NCBI GenBank assembly: GCA_043819555.1
Contig: JBDREQ010000014.1
Coordinates: forward strand, 1-49,755
Direction of reading: 5' to 3'
DNA: 49,755 nucleotides
Origin: Candidatus Zixiibacteriota bacterium
GTDB lineage: Bacteria; Zixibacteria; MSB-5A5; GN15; JAAZOE01
Of the stretch, positions 48,560-49,755 are shown one piece after another. How positions within the stretch are numbered: the stretch's first letter is position 1; each line of letters begins with the position of its first letter. A model generated the notes under the pieces. That model saw only the letters and a program-made list of their open reading frames with translations. It was not told the origin of the DNA and did no database searches. The position numbers were made by a program, and so were the translations under genes.

Positions 48560-48658
48560 GCGCGTATTATCCGCTTAATTATTGAGATCATATTATAAGG
48601 GATTATAAGTCATGCGAAATCTGAGGACAACTTCAATTTTTACGATTTAATTTTAAAG

Positions 48659-48705
48659 TTCTGTCAGGTCCTGCGCCGACACAGGAGGCGTGCGACCTGA
48701 CAGAA
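48659..48705. repeat. Palindromic intergenic repeat, family A (second copy)
   Basis: TTCTGTCAGGTC...GACCTGACAGAA; its reverse complement TGTCAGGTCGCACGCCTCCTGTGTCGGCGCAGGACCTGACA matches 2797-2838. Confidence 0.8.
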
Positions 48706-48897
48706 AAGTAGATATCGCATTTAAAAACCGGTTGAAATTCCTTCCAAAATAAATTATCATTGACCAATATCAGTGTAATGCCCGAAAAATAACAATGGAT
48801 TTGCCATTAAATTATTATTTTAATGCGTTATATAATTGTGGTAGATTGTTATTATCGGAGGCTGTAATGCGGCAATCATCCATAGGAAAGCAGTGAT

Positions 48898-49755
48898 ATG
48901 AATTTTGCCACGGCAGCGTATTTCATATTTTTTTCCATTGTTTTTATCGTGTACTGGCATCTGGGGCGCAAAGCCCAGAATATATTTTTGCTTATCGCTA
49001 GTTATATATTTTATGCCGCCTGGGACTGGCGATTTTTGGGCTTGATTATAATTTCCACTCTGACCGATTATATCAGCGGACACATAATCCATAAAAGCAA
49101 TTCGATTAGGCATCGGAAAACGGTTCTGATTATCAGTCTAATAATAAACCTCGGTTTGCTGGGATATTTCAAATATTTCAATTTTTTTGCCGACAGTTTT
49201 ATTGTTTTGGCCAATACGGTGGGATGGAATGTAACCTGGACGGCGGCCAATATAATCCTGCCGGTAGGGATTTCGTTTTATACTTTTCAATCGATCAGTT
49301 ACACCGTCGATATCTATCGCAGACAGCTCGAACCTAACAACTCTCTAATTGATTTCGCCGCTTTTGTGGCGTTTTTCCCGCAGCTTGTTGCCGGGCCAAT
49401 TGTCCGGGCCAAAGAATTCGTTTTTCAGCTCGAGGCAAAGCGCGTTTTCAATGCCAATGATTTTGAGGCAGGATTGCGTCGGTTCTTATTTGGCTTTTTC
49501 AAAAAGGCGTTCATCGCCGATACGCTGGCGATGCATTTGGTTGAACCGGCTTTTGCCAATCCGACTGAATATTCGGGAGCGACGCTGTGGCTGGCATTGA
49601 TCGGATGGACATTCCAGATTTATGCTGATTTTTCCGGCTATTCGAGCATGGCTATCGGGTCGGCGCGGATGCTGGGATTTAAAATCCCCGAAAATTTCAA
49701 TTTTCCGTATCTGTCGTGGAATATTTCACAGTACTGGCAGCGATGGCATAAAACG
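48898..49755 (+). CDS. MBOAT-family O-acyltransferase (AlgI/PatA-like), partial; not in ORF track
   Basis: Manual translation: MNFATAAYFIFF...LLIASYIFYAAWDWRF...LPVGISFYTFQSISY...FFPQLVAGPIVRA...QIYADFSGYS...PENFNFPY...YWQRWH; runs off the window. Confidence 0.93.
   Translation, partial: MNFATAAYFIFFSIVFIVYWHLGRKAQNIFLLIASYIFYAAWDWRFLGLIIISTLTDYISGHIIHKSNSIRHRKTVLIISLIINLGLLGYFKYFNFFADSFIVLANTVGWNVTWTAANIILPVGISFYTFQSISYTVDIYRRQLEPNNSLIDFAAFVAFFPQLVAGPIVRAKEFVFQLEAKRVFNANDFEAGLRRFLFGFFKKAFIADTLAMHLVEPAFANPTEYSGATLWLALIGWTFQIYADFSGYSSMAIGSARMLGFKIPENFNFPYLSWNISQYWQRWHKT

Overview
A 49.8-kb bacterial chromosomal window, mostly housekeeping and cell-envelope genes. Cys-containing dockerin-like C-termini on three secreted proteins suggest a Zixibacteria-like (FCB-related) organism; this is an inference. 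From left to right: the left end of an IS30-family element inserted into a palindromic repeat; a membrane protein plus HTH regulator; a saccharopine/lysine-dehydrogenase-family enzyme; a radical SAM and EEP-nuclease pair bracketed by GTAG-type REP-like repeats; a complete ISC operon (iscR-S-U-A-DUF2480-hscB-hscA-fdx-iscX) divergent from a second Rrf2 regulator; pdxST, ispH, Rieske, O-methyltransferase, ArsC/Spx-like and ETF-QO; a regulator-speD-decarboxylase-speE polyamine operon; an OMP/lipoprotein pair; a lipoprotein plus S8 peptidase-dockerin; lpdA; two large paralogous FN3/dockerin proteins; DUF116; a DUF523-DUF1722 gene broken by an in-frame TAA; an MshEN-REC-HD signalling protein; two DUF3857/transglutaminase proteins; xth; an acyltransferase; a glycyl-radical hydroxyproline dehydratase (HypD) with its activase; an SDR; a CPA1 antiporter; and a partial AlgI-type MBOAT. 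The most intriguing unexplained feature is at 27716-27908: a sigma54-like promoter followed by two tandem, structurally similar non-coding units (hairpin, GAGGTGGG, terminator-like hairpin), a candidate tandem sRNA array. No CRISPR, rRNA or tRNA was recognised. All calls come from reading the sequence by eye; no searches were run.
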